In this document: piece after piece, positions 51,061 through 64,000 of the stretch
Layout of the letters: each line of letters begins with the position of its first letter
Position numbering within the stretch: the stretch's first letter is position 1
From: Ylistrum balloti
Taxonomy: Eukaryota
Assembly: GCF_031769215.1 (NCBI RefSeq)
Contig: NW_026782247.1
Location: forward strand, 2,666,001 to 2,730,000
Length of the DNA: 64,000 bases
Reading direction: 5' to 3'
Made by a program: the position numbers and the translations under genes
Notes under the pieces: model-generated
Told to the model about the DNA's origin: nothing
Database searches by the model: none
What the model saw: only the letters and a program-made list of their open reading frames with translations

Positions 51061-51899
51061 TCTATAATAATAATGATTACAATATTAAGAAATGATGATA
51101 ATAATAAAAGACTGAATTTAAGATTGATGACATTTTGTGTTTATAACGCTCTTCTTACAAGTGGTCAACATCAGAAATGTCGATATTTATAATCAGTAAA
51201 ATTAAAACATCACAGATAAATATAAATATCACTGTAAAATACATTTAAAAAGACGCTTAAATGAAATAGATTATAATAATAGATACACGATGAATGTGTA
51301 TAAAGCATTTGAAACACACATAAAAAAATAATAAGATACAGTTGCGATCATAAGATCTTCTAAAACTTCCAGACAGTGGAATTTTATGTTTGAAAGTTTG
51401 ACATATAATTATATGCATTCAATTTTAAAACTTTTCAGGTTTTGACACTGCCTAACATTGTCTGGTAAACGATTCCAAAGTGTTGGTCCATTACACTTTT
51501 CTGTTTTATATTTAGGGGTGACACATTTCTGTCCAGTAGATGACCTGGTCTGTCTTTAGCGAACACTAGATACTAATACATTACAGTCCAGATAATTTGG
51601 ACATAGTTTGTTAATAACTTTGTACATCATATGTACTGTTATATTTAACTATATTACTAAATGGTAACTATTTGAATTTAGTGAAAAACTCTTCGCCTGA
51701 TATAGAATAATCTGCATCTAGTATTATGCGTCAAATTCTCTTTCACAACCTTTCTAACTTTTTAATTTATATTAGTGAACAGTTTCCCTAAATATTTGAA
51801 CAACAATTAAAGTAAGGTAAAATAAACCGTTTAAAGTATGTTATTCTTGATAAAATAGGCCAGAATCATGGACATGTTTGTTCAATGTAAGGGTATCAT

Positions 51900-52215
51900 T
51901 TCGGTAGGTTCCATTTCAGTAGGTACCAGTTCATAGGTACCGTCTTGGTATGTACCGTCTCGATAGGTACCTCTTGGTAGGTACCATCTCAATAGGTGCC
52001 GTCTCGATAGGTACCTCTTGGTATGTACCGTCTCAATAGGTACAGTCTCAATAGGTACCGTCTCGATAGGTACCTCTTGGTATGTACCGTCTCGATATGT
52101 ACCTCTTGGAAGGTACTGGTACCGTCTCGATAGGTACCTCTTGGAAGGTACTGGTACCGTCTCGATAGGTACCTCTTGGAAGGTATTGGTACCGTCTCAG
52201 TAGGTACCGTCATTA
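51900..52215. repeat. 14-15-bp-monomer minisatellite related to the 45-bp array (GTACCGTCTCGATAG / GTACCTCTTGG)
   Basis: Shares ACCGTCTCGATAGG with 50540-51060. Confidence 0.9.
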
Positions 52216-52839
52216 TGATTTTTATAATTGTTCAGATTGTTTGTTCCTAGATTTATATAATATTAGTGCTGCTAATCTTACTGCGTTTATGTTGGATTGC
52301 GTTCAGACTGTGTCCTTATGTCGATGTCATGTATTTGTTTTCTGTTTTACACGTCAAATCATTAATAAATTACTTTTTAACAATAAGAATATGTGTCCTA
52401 ATTGTTTGTTATTTCGTACAAAATTTATAAAAACATACTAAGTATACTAAAATAAGAACTAAGGAGCTCACACAGAAATTCCCGACCCACAACCTTACAT
52501 TTGTAAAGTGCTCAGTGGTGATCATTTACTTTACGGCAAACTTTCTCTAGAGACGTCATTTTAAGAATCATTAGATTGAGACATGACAACACTATAGGCT
52601 GAGGAAACAGAAATGTTAACATCTGGAAACGGAAAATTCAAAATGGATGAATGTAAACATCACACTGACTAAGCAGCTTAATAGAAAGCAGATCATCAGT
52701 GTTTCCTTGTAGGAAAACAATAAGGCCAGCGGCTGATGTAAGCTAATTTTATTTGTTAATGATCTCCACGTCTGATAGATAGATATATACGATGGTCATG
52801 CTCAATGTTTCTTGTTATCCAAAAGTGATATAGAAGTAC

Positions 52840-53030
52840 TGGACAAGATTTTTGTGATCCATTTTAACAAATAATTCAGTCTTGTATGAAAACAAAATCA
52901 AGTCATCCAAGAGGGACTATTTTCTTGATTATGGTCACGACAGAGACATCAGATCCTAGCAGTTTAGCGTAGGTGCTCGTAATCTAATATCTGGAATATG
53001 GACGGACGGACGGACATGATAGTAATGCAC
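52840..53030 (+). mobile_element. Helentron/HINE remnant with a (GGAC)n microsatellite
   Basis: CTGGACAAGATTTTT...CCAAGAGGGACTAT...GGACGGACGGACGGAC. Confidence 0.4.
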
Positions 53031-54129
53031 ATACTAGTGGAGAAAAGTTGTACCAAGTCATGTGATCTTGTCTATATAAAGAGCAATCGTTGCTAGTCCA
53101 TGTGTGAATTATCAATTAACAATGACCTGCGTTCAAAATGGCGCCAAGTCGACTCAGTTCCGGTATCACTATTTCATTCTTTTGCTATATTTGGTGTAAA
53201 ATCTAATTATGTATGCTTGGGTTGACATCATTTTCTGTTCAACTAGATTCGTTATAAAGAGACAAACCACTAGTGTGGCGGAATGTGATGAAACGAGCAT
53301 CCAGTTGGAACCAAGTCAAAATAACCTGTCATTTTAGTTAATTGAAAACTCGGATCCCATCTTCACATAGAATTTAAAAATAGATAAAATTAATATCAAA
53401 GTATTTATCCTCTTAACATCATGTCTTTTTCATGTGACTGACCAGACAGCGTAGTGGCGGCACCAAACACAACATATATATATGTATCTATATCATGAAG
53501 CAGTTATGAGGTATATGTAGGTATTGAGGACATACCGCGTCGCGTATTCTCGGATTTCTTGCTCCAGGAAGCCGTCCCTATTCAGAATAAACCATACTGA
53601 TACACGCTGACTTCTTTATTTTTAACAGCTTTTTTTGCAAAATCCAAATGCACATGTTCTACATCAGGTCCTTTACAAGAACTACATTTTTCGTTTTTCA
53701 ATAAAGAATACTAACCACAGAAGTATCAAATAGATGTAACATGGTTTAAACAAGAGCACCTGGAAAGTAATGCTAAAAAAGATTTGCGTCCTTGGACAGC
53801 CAAATGCTTACAACTGAATGTGTTATTGAATTTTAGTAAAATTACTAAATGTGAAAACTGATCAACACAAGAAATCATACAACCCTTGTAATACCATTTC
53901 TCATTACCATGTAATCTTCCATCTTTTTGGGAAACAATGATTTAGTTTTATATAGGTTTACAGTAACAGCATTCATTACAATAGACATTTAGATTATGAA
54001 GCAAGTCTTGAAGACATTCCACAGATTCAGAAAATAAAACAAGGTCAGCGACATACAACAGTAGATATCAGCTTAATTCTTCAAAGTCGTAACAAGATTT
54101 ACATATTTGAATAAAAAAAATATTCAAAA

Positions 54130-54438
54130 TCATGAATGTTTATAGAAAAGAATATCGGGGATAATATTTCCCTGTAAGAGTCCGACACTATTAACGAAGA
54201 AATCAGACAGGTTACCATTTAATTTTACATGTAGATACACAGACTTTACAAATTTAAGAGGTTTTTCTCTTATTCCAAGTTTTGAAAGTTTAAACCAGAG
54301 ATTTACTCTATTAACTTTATCAAAAGCTTTGCGAAAATCGACAAGGCAGCAGTACAATCTTTTTGTATTATTCAAAGATTTAGATATTATAAAACAAAGA
54401 CAAAATGAATGGACAGTACTAAGACCAGGATTAAACAT
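54130..54438 (-). pseudogene. Non-LTR retrotransposon (LINE) reverse transcriptase fragment
   Basis: The translation contains LYCCLVDFRKAFDKVNRVNLWFKL...VKLNGNLSDFFVNSVGLLQG, matching the LINE RT motifs D-F-x-KAFD and G-x-x-QG. It is truncated before the YADD motif. Confidence 0.85.
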
Positions 54439-56779
54439 AGGTACTAATCGCTATACACCCCAAGGGCAGTTAACTTTCTCACCCAGTGGCAGACCTTTCT
54501 TTATCACGCTCCCCATCCGTCCTATCAGAAATTAATTATCTTCAAGAAGTAGATGGTTTCTTTTGAATGGGTGAAGTGTAGACTAAAACAGATGCCAAAC
54601 TGCTTCCAAACGTCACTATGTCCTTACAGATGTAAAGATAGATAGAGTACAGCCAAATAATGCTGCACCTAACAACAGCAGAGAGACAAAAGACATAACA
54701 TCACGGTAGCACAGTGGTAAAATCCCGGCTCTCAGCTGCAAAGTTCTTGAATCGAATGAGTTTTTATTATCATTATTGAAGGGAGATCACGTGGTATTTT
54801 TCTATTTTGGAAACAATAAAATATGTAACAATTAAATCGTTGGTTGTTTGAGATGTGAAATGAAGTGTAAATATCAATTTAATAATTCTTACATCGTCTC
54901 CAATCACAAAAATGTCAGCGTATATTTCGGGCGTATGTATGAAACGAAATTGTAAGTATAGGAAAGTTGTGAGGTAAGGAATTATCCTTAAATTTACTTT
55001 CAGGTATATGACTGTAGAATGTTAATATATATAAATTATTTAAGTGTTAGTTAGCTATCTGATCAATTGTAACTGTTTGTTGGTAATATGCGGAAGAGGG
55101 CTTTACATAATTTAAATAACTTGTGCCCAATGGTTTTTTTTTCAATTAAATATGTTTAAAGGGCGATGACTGGCTTCTTTTGTTTCATTCGATTTAAAAT
55201 AAATTAAATTTCGTTTCTTCACGTGCTCGAGGTTTTAAATCTACAGTCAGTAACAAATTTTCTTACAAAAGAAATCTAATGGTACTTGTCTTCGTTTAGT
55301 TTTTAAACATATTTCAGTACCGATGAGGGGCTTCACTCCTGTTTAAAAAGTCTGGATTTTTTCCTTGGTACATGTAGTTGATAGATATCATACGTATAAG
55401 TTTCCAGCTGATAACGCCTGAAGGAGAAATCCCATTAAAAGGCTAAGATAACTAGATTTTTCCCAGATACTACACTCACCTGACGTAGTAAATGATGTCG
55501 AGAACTAGAATAATGTCAAGCTTCATCAAAATGTCTATTGTGTTTTTATTTAAACAGGCCGATGTCGCTCCATTCATTACCAGCAATTTTGCCTGTTTAA
55601 GGGAGATAACTCGTACTACTTTAAATCCCTATCGGGTTCCAGCAATACACAATGTACACATAAATCATAGTAAATAATTTCGGTGTCGATTAGAGAGTGA
55701 AATAAATATAACGACACAGAGAAGAAAGTCAATGATCCTGAAACCGTAGTGTGTATTTCAGTCAATATGACTCCGTACATTCTCCAAGAATAAATCTATC
55801 AGTATTTCTTTTTTCGAAGTTTTGGTTTGATACCCAAGCCTGCTAATTTAGCCTTAATTTCTGAAACAGACATTTCATTTAATTCGTCAGAAGTACTTTT
55901 ATTGCATTTCTCGGGGATGTTTGTTTTGCTTTGAATTTCTTCCAAAAAATATTTTTTTCTTCTCGTGTGAAAAAAATCTCTTTCCCAGTACTCGGCAAAT
56001 TAGCGGATTTTAACCGTGTAGACATCCGTTCAGTATCAAATGTCATAATATGTTAATTATTTATTTCTCCGTGTTGAAGACAACTATTTTCCTTAACATA
56101 CAGTTATAGGATCTTACATCGTGTAACGAAAGGAAAACAGGACGTAGTAAGATACCGCCCATAAATATCGCATAGATGTGCGATTCTGTCGTAGCTGATA
56201 TAAATCTTAAAACTATGTGTATGTATTGGATAGAAGCATTGTCACAGTAGAGAAAAATGTCTTTTTAAAATTGCTGTGGTTAATCAATTTTTTTTCATTG
56301 TTCTTCTTTCCTTAGTGTAATGGGTTACTTTAAGATATAGTTAACTGTGTAGATGTTGTATTCCCTTTCGATCCGAAACCTTGATCAAGAGTTTGCAGCT
56401 GTTTATCTTCAGATTTTGATTGCTGCAGTAAAAATGAGTTGTTCTGTTCAAATGTATTTTCAAATTCTAGACCGGGAATGGTAAACTTGGTAGGTCTATG
56501 TGAGTAACACGTTTATAGACCTGGAAGCGTTTGTATGAACTGATCATACAACTTGTCATAAATAACATAAATTTTATATAATCTAATTCAATTTTGAGAC
56601 ACTATATATTTTATAACGGATTTATGTTTACCTGATTCGATGCTTTATGAATGACACTGTATACTGGGTGCAATTATTTTATTAGTCACAGATATACTAT
56701 AATCGGTGTTAATTTACTGTCAAGAAATCAGCACACGTGTATTTGTGAATATCTGAAAAAATTTAATCTGATCATTTAA

Positions 56780-56966
56780 GGTTTGAAATGAAGTAGTTTT
56801 GGCTCACTGCTAGATCACAGTTTGTACTGTTAGTAATCATTATGGCGACCGGAAATTACCGGTGTTTGCCGATTTATATAAACCAATGAAAACAACTTCC
56901 GGTCTACCGAGGTTTGAGCGCCATTTTCGATTCCACTGATTTCAAAACATTAGAGATCAGCTCAAG
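56780..56966 (+). promoter_or_regulatory. Putative SMC4 core promoter (ETS, CCAAT, YY1 and CHR-like motifs)
   Basis: CCGGAAA 56849, CCAAT 56883, ACTTCCGG 56895, CGCCATTTT 56919, TTTCAAA 56940 (inverted TTTGAA) and TTTGAAA at about 56783, with local CpG enrichment just upstream of the ATG. Confidence 0.5.
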
Positions 56967-59900
56967 ATGCCTGCTCCAAAGAAAAAGAAGGGACAAAAAG
57001 CGGCTCAAACGGTGGATGAACCTATGGAAGTCGTGGAAAATGATGCTGATACCGATCCCACCGTTGAAGGCGATTTGATGTCCAGTGTTGCGTCTCGTCA
57101 GTTCAATCCCGAAGGTGAAATAACAAGTCATGTTTCAGCTGTGTTGTTGGAACAGAGCGTTCTGTATTTGAAATATAGTAATATGCTTCATATAAAGCAA
57201 AATCATATTCATATGTAAACCTACCGTTTTAAATTTCACATGTAGAACGCCCGATTCTTGTGACATGACATCATGAAACAAACTCGAAGTCATTTACTCT
57301 GGGGGAACATTGACAGCTGTGTAAGTCGTTATATATTTCATGAAGCAGAAATATTTCCGAATGGAAGCAGATGAAAGAGTCCGAGAATATCTCTGGTTAA
57401 ATGTGATAATGTTAAAAAAAAGAACGTTGATTTACATTATTTCATTGTGCATCTTGTTTGATTTAACAGTGATTTATTATTTTTATCGGGATACTGTGCA
57501 CCTACAACAAAGACGAAAATGTGTCAAATGTGTCAGCGGATAAATACACAGGACCTCTAGAAACATCAGTTGTACACATCTGGTTGGTTCCTTCAGTGAT
57601 CGCCATTGTACTTCTGTTGATAGAACGTTTACCTAGTCTATGCAATATCAGATGAAAATCTGGAGTGTGTGGTTTGACATTCAATACTAGAATAGAGATT
57701 AAATTCCCCAGGAAGCTAAGAAGTGGTTCAGTTGTCATGAATGTGTCTTTTAGCAATACACTTATTCCCATCTTCTCTGGATGATGCTAGAATGGCCTCT
57801 TGTATGTTGTGTAGTGAGGTAGTCACCAGCTCTTCCAAGGAAACCCTGTCTCAAACCAACCCAGGTTGTTGATGGGGTATTATACCAGGGAAAAAATAAG
57901 CCAATGATGGTCTCTTTTATATTCAAATTAGGTAGACTTTGTATCTTCAGGCTTCTACACCAGATATTAGACATATTGACAAATGTCTGGTAACGATACT
58001 GTACAGCATGAAAATATGGAGTACTATTTATAATTTTATAATTTGGTGTTGTTATTTTTTTGGAGTCTTGCCAATTAAATCTATGTTGACACATTTATAA
58101 CAACAATATTACATATATCATACGATGAAATATGAATTAAATGCTCATATTCACAATGAGTTTGTCTCAAATCAATCAATTTTATCAATACTTGCCATGG
58201 CTTTACACAATTAAGATTTCTCACATGAACAGACAAGATTTTGTAGAATATGCAAATCAGAATACATGTCAACTAATTATAGTACAGCTGTGTAGTGAGC
58301 CAAACAGACCCATTTTTATTTTCTTGTATTTATTATGTTTATTCAACAAAAATAAACATATTCTTTTCTGTTCTTTCTGTAGAAAATTGGTGAAAAATTG
58401 CTCTAACACACCTGACAATAACATCAACAAGATGTGGTTGTTTGGAAAACACTAATGACATAAGTGTATATTAACACTAACTTTTATCTTTACTCATTTA
58501 TAGATTTTGGAGAAATAGAAATTCCTCCTGCTGCTGTTAGTGTTGCAACATATGAGATACATGGACCCCGTCTGATGATCACTCATATTGTCAATGAAAA
58601 TTTCAAATCCTATGCTGGTACCCAAACTCTTGGACCATTCCACAAGGTATTCAACTAATAAAGTCACTATAGTCTTTACTTCCAGGGTTTTCCATAAGAG
58701 CCGGTCGCCGGCCAGTTTGACCGGCTACCTTGATCATTTGGCCGCCTACACCAATCCAGTTCCGTAATAATGTTCTGTACACGACTACACGTACACGGCA
58801 GGCCTGCCTCCTACTTTCACTACACCGCCTACTACTAACAAAATTATGGAAAACCCTGATTTCAAAGCTTGATTGTGTGATCAAGACATATTCCCAAATC
58901 ATTTTCAACAATTTTTAGTCAATGTCTGAAGAAAGGAAGGCCTTCCTTTAATAAAAATTGTAAAAAATTGAATGGCCAATAGAAGATTATTTCTGCTCCT
59001 GTGAATAGAAAAATTCTTTTGTTTTTATTATGATGTAAAGAATTTTGACATTATTTTTATTAGTCAATCAACCTGTCAGCTAAAACGATCCAGCTAGAAA
59101 ATCAACAAGCCTCAGGCTATCCTTACCATCTGGAAAAAAAATATCAATCTTTATCTTGACCCCAGATTTGTCACAAAAATCTTCATTCAAGATATTTATT
59201 CCCTGCATGCCTTGGTTTTTTTTCTGTTCCAGAGTTTCACTTCTATTATTGGACCAAATGGAAGTGGCAAGTCTAATGTGATAGACTCCATGTTATTTGT
59301 GTTTGGTTTCCGTGCCAACAAGATCCGTTCAAAAAAGATTAGCGTTCTTATCCACAACAGTGAGAACCACACAAACATTCAGGGATGTACAGTCAGTGTT
59401 CACTTCCAGAAAATCATTGACACAGGGGTATGTACATGAAATGTAATAGGTGTTTTTTGTATGCCTTTTACTTTATGCTAAAAATTTGTGAAATTTTCAC
59501 ATCTTTGTCAATCTCTGCTAAAATATCTGTCATTGTTTAAAAAGAAAATTTAGAATTTTGTGATCTGAGTTGAAGATAAAAACTTACAGCTCAATCAGGA
59601 TACTATTAGCAGATCTTTTTCCTCTCAGATTTTGAATTCCGAAACTGGCTGACATTAACTGGTGATTTTGTTTAAATGGCTGTCAGTTTAGGATGTTTTT
59701 GAGTAAACTCTTAACAGAATTTTGTATTGAGAAAATCTTTTTATAAAAAGTGTAAAATATCGCACAGTTTAAATGATCTATTGTTTGACATTTTTTATAG
59801 CCTGGAGATGATGAGTACACGGTGGTCCCTGACTCCAAGTTTGTTGTAGCCAGAACAGCATTCAAGGATAATAGCTCCTACTACACTGTGGATGGCAAGC

Positions 59901-62900
59901 GGCATACATACAAGGAAGTGGCAGTAGTCCTAAGAAGTAGTGGCATTGATCTTGACCACAATCGTTTCCTCATTCTACAGGTAATACAGGATGCTTGTTA
60001 GCGCCGGGATTCTAACCTTGGCAACTTATGATCTCAAAGGGGAATATTCTATTTCTTTGCGCAATATTAAGTTGAATGTTGTTATGTGGCAGGTGATGTT
60101 GATGAAGCAGAAGACTCTTACCCTTCTGGAACACCTGGTCTTATTCTACATGTGCTGCCAGTCATGCAAGAGATCCCTCAATCATGCAAGGCAAAGCAAA
60201 AAGTCTTTGTATAATCTGCGTGGTAAAAATGCTGTATTCTTTAATTTGATTCAGGCATTTAATCTAATCCCTTTTCCAGATGATAAATGTGAAACATGCC
60301 TGAAGAAAGATGATTTGTGTCTCTAAAAATAACATTGATTTATCTATTTTGCCAGGGTGAGGTCGAGCAGATTGCCATGATGAAACCTAAAGGTTTGACA
60401 GAAAGTGAAGATGGCATGTTAGAATTCCTGGAAGACATTATTGGCAGTAACCGCTTCAAGGAGCCCATTGAAATCCTTGCCAAACGGGTAGAAACCCTGA
60501 ATGAAATGAGGGGTGAAAAGGTACAGTGTTAGAAACTTACATGAAAGTACAGTGAATGAAACATACTTTTGCTTTCATAAGAAATATCATACCTGTACAA
60601 AAAATTGAGATTTACGAAAATTTTATAAGAATGGTTGTTTTTTAATCCAAGGTATAATTCTATACTTATTGGTATTTTACTTGGCTTGCACTGTCAGTTG
60701 CCATCAGCACCAATGGTGAAAATGAAGACTCTTTGGCGATTTAAAAATTACATTGGCAAAAGTTTGAATTGCCAAAATAAACTGACATGTCACTGCTACA
60801 GTGACTTGAATTGCCAGTGAAGCCCTATCCACCCAGACATCTTGACACTGACCTCATTATATACACAAAGTGGCGTGATCATGTCACTACCTGCTATTAC
60901 CTCAGTGGTGAGTCTCGTGTCATTTGTAAGGGGCTATGGGGTGCCCAGGTGGTTGTCTGTCTGCATCCTCAGGCAATCACACTCATAGTTAATAACCATT
61001 ATCCTGTGGTTGTAATTTGGGACCATTACTTGAAAACCAAACACTGTTTATAGTTGTCACTAATTTACTTACATGACCACCTTTGTTAAAGAGGAAATAC
61101 ACATACTGGTATGGTGCTTAAAAAAATTGGTATGAAAAAATACAGATTTTCAGCATAGATCTTCAAGAATGTTAAACACCCAGAAAATCAATGTTAAATA
61201 GAAGTAAAAGCAGTATCAAAAACTCTTTTAGAGGAAAAAATAAACCTAGAATGTACAAGATATGTATCAAAACTCCAACATACAGGGGTTAAACAACGAC
61301 TGGCTGTGGTATATGGTATTTTTTCATTCAAGAAAGCTATTTTTAAAAAATAGAAGAAAAAACATGAGCAATAACAGATGTTTTGAATCTTATAAACAAT
61401 ACCCTGACCTGTTTCTATCACATTGAAATAGCTATTCTGAAGATGAATTGACCTGTTCTGTACCCATGTTTTGCTTACTTTATTATGATTAGTTAAGGAC
61501 ATAATGATGTGACTTTCATCAATATGATAATGATTAATTGGCAAAACTGACGATTTCAGAAATACATGGAAATCAAAATCAGATTTTAACAAATGAAATT
61601 GTGAACCACTGATTGTGTCTACTCATTACAGAGAGTGTTTGAAGTGTCCAGTTGGTCAAAGTTCACTGTTTCAGCCAATCAAAACAAGTAAAAGTGTTTC
61701 ACCATAAGCACATGTGGTTTAATTTGTATGTTTATACAACAGTTGGAACGATTAATTCATGCCTTTGTAGTTGGATAACACCAACCTAATTTGGTAGAAA
61801 GTATCTTTGATGACAAATAGAAGATTGGTGATCAGTAACTTTGCAATGAGGATGCAGAAAAACATTCATACCGTAAATATAACAGCAACGAATTCATGCT
61901 CAGATGGCAAAAAATCTTTTACCAGAATGAAAATGACATAACTGATTATATTGTTATCATTCAAATCCTGTTTCACCTGGCAGATAGCAGCTGAAACTGG
62001 ATTAGAATACTTGACAAGTTATTTCTGATAAAACATTCAAGGGATCCTGAAAAAAATAAAAATTTGAGATGAGTAGTTTATTTCTTGTCTGGGTTAATTT
62101 GTTTTTCTCAACTAGGTTATCCTTAAAATATTTTTTCTTTTGTCATTGACTAACTCACTCCGGTCGGTGGAGAGGGGAAATGGCTTATTCCAATGAAAAG
62201 AAAGACAAGTGTGAAATATTGTTTATTTACATTCCGGTCCAGGTCACCAGTCATGGTCACCAGTCATTCAGATATTTTAAGTTGCGGAATGGGGTAATAA
62301 GAGGCACAAGCATGCATGCAAAATCATATCCAAATACCCAGTCAATAAATATATTATGTGGGTTTTTTTTTCTCTTTTATACTTTTGGGTCAATATCAAA
62401 TACAGCAGTATTTTTGCCTTAGTCCACAGTTTGCTGATTTATTTTCTTCTAAGTTTACTGATTTCAGGGAAATATAGAGAAAAAAATCAGGAAGGAAATA
62501 GACTGAAAACTTTTTCTCTATTTTGTAGCTGAACAGAGTAAAAGCGGTAGAAAAGGAGAAGGATGATTTAGAAGGATCTAAGAATGAAGCTGTGGAGTTT
62601 CTGTCTATGGAGAATGAGATCATTCGACACAAAAACAAACTGTACCAGAAATATATGTGAGTTTAGATCTGATTGGCTCATCTGAAACAAAAATACTGTT
62701 TTATACTCAGCCACTACTTAAACTTCTGTTATTCCAGTGATCCATGCACATATTTACTTATATGGATCATATACATTGCTAAGACAAGTCCTAACTGTAT
62801 TCAACAAATATATATTTCAGTGAAGTTTGTCAATTGTACAGCAGTTTTAAAGCAGAATTTTTAATACTATCATACTATGTACTACTACCTGTACAAATAG

Positions 62901-63918
62901 GGGCATGGTCTCAGTGGGACAGTCATCAGGTATTGACTGTAGGTTGGTGGTTTGTCGTTGGGAACTCTGGCTTATCTCCACCACCTAAACCTGGCACATA
63001 TTTAATTCAATACCCTGTTTGTGTGTAGGAAGTAAAGCAACAATAACGTAAATGGTTGTAATGGGATTGGGTTTATTTTTACTCTGTAATTATTGAAATA
63101 TGTAATTTTTATTTCGTCTGTGACAAAAATCACAAAAGGAGACTGTGGTGTGACTTTTCTGATGGCGTCCGCTAGATCAGTTCTTTATTTCCAGTTTTCC
63201 ATTTTGATCAACTCAGCAGACAAGAATTTGATGGGTTTTTTTCCTGATATAGTCACCACTCTTTAACATGATGTATGCTCTGTATAAAGTTAGCTTGTTT
63301 GTTATACTGATTTCAGTAAAGAGTGTGCTGTGAATGAGGAAAAAGCAACAGAGCAGTATAACAAAATCAATGAAGGGATGAAAGAGGTCAATGGAAAGAT
63401 GCAGTCCATCACAGATGCCATGAAGGCAAAGGAAAAGGAGCATAAACGAATCCTAAAGTAGGAAATTTAGATCAAGTTTTAGTAGTGTCTGTCAAATAAT
63501 ATAAACATACAATCTGGTCATTATTAAGGAAATACTTGACACTGAGTACTGGGAAAATTTCACAAACTGAAATATTTGTTGTTTACTGATGCTGAGTGTT
63601 TATTTTGTCACAATTTAATTGTTATTGATGGTGAATTACAAGTATTGATGTTATAATTGATATGCCCTAAATTAAGTTAAACAGGAGAAATGATTAAAGC
63701 CATATATAGTAATGAACATACTCAGCAGCCTTAGAGATTCTTCATTGACTACTATTGTCCAATGTAGGCAATACGAAATGTTGGTTGTGAAAGGAGATGA
63801 GGCAAAGGAAAGATTCAGTGAATTTGAAAAACAGGATGTGAAATGTCGAGAGGACATGAAACACACCAAGTCCAAAGCTAAAAAACTGGAGAAGACGTTA
63901 GAACAAGAGAAAAAGAAG
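56967..63918 (+). CDS. SMC4: Structural maintenance of chromosomes protein 4 (condensin), 5' part; exons 56967-57114, 58504-58646, 59233-59427, 59801-59980, 60356-60520, 62529-62656, 63317-63457, 63768-63918; continues beyond the window
   Basis: Motifs [60 protein letters not shown] (Walker A), DLDHNRFLILQGEVEQIAMMKPK (Q-loop) and GMLEFLEDIIGS, followed by coiled coil. All introns are GT-AG with consistent phases. Confidence 0.96.
60070..60146 (+). mobile_element. Interspersed repeat family B, copy 3 (SMC4 intron 4)
   Basis: GATGAAGCAGAAGACTCTTACCCTTCTGGAACACCTGGTCTTATT matches 25718-25810. Confidence 0.55.
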
Positions 63919-64000
63919 GTATTGTTAAACATGTGCATAGGAGTGTGAAGAAAGAAGTTCACAAAATAGTTATGCAAAATGAGAAAACGTGAGACTAAAT

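Noticed and set aside
50472-51095. ORFs of 207 and 172 aa with 15-aa periodicity
   Set aside because: The 45-bp tandem unit is open in several frames on both strands, so these are repeat artefacts.
54706-54760. tRNA-like stretch GGTAGCACAGTGGTAAAATCCCGG
   Set aside because: Only an A-box-like remnant; the T-arm and acceptor stem cannot be folded.
58670-58760. CAGGGTTTTCC...GGTCGCC GC-rich patch as a hAT/MITE end
   Set aside because: No matching second TIR or TSD was found nearby.
60521-62528. Intronic miRNA or snoRNA in SMC4 (vertebrate SMC4 hosts miR-15b/16-2)
   Set aside because: No convincing hairpin or box C/D or H/ACA arrangement was recognised by eye; an Infernal/Rfam scan would be needed.

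Overview
AT-rich, intron-rich animal genomic DNA; SINE and Helentron-like repeats suggest a bivalve mollusc (inference). Gene models were built by hand from splice signals and reading phase. (1) An orphan two-exon type I membrane protein, 5887-7328 (+). (2) A complete six-exon AADAC/NCEH1-like GDXG lipase, 10941-13881 (-), 400 aa. (3) A small secreted PAN/Apple-domain ORF, 22795-23145 (+). (4) A complete 25-exon KIF28/KLP-6-like kinesin-3, 30728-50327 (+), about 1042 aa. (5) The first eight exons of condensin SMC4, from 56967 (+), running off the window. The rest is minisatellites, V-SINE-like retroposons, Helentron-like fragments, a LINE RT relic, a tRNA-Asp-like pseudogene and a 141-N gap. 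Many long ORFs in the track are artefacts of tandem repeats whose unit length is a multiple of 3. Best leads: the kinesin ends in a CaaX prenylation box (SKACILQ*) and its first intron is a rare AT-AC minor-spliceosome intron; the orphan membrane protein carries an RRLL (S1P-type) motif and a PPxY motif; and a 3.7-kb foldback-like element with about 400-bp inverted arms spans 269-3935.
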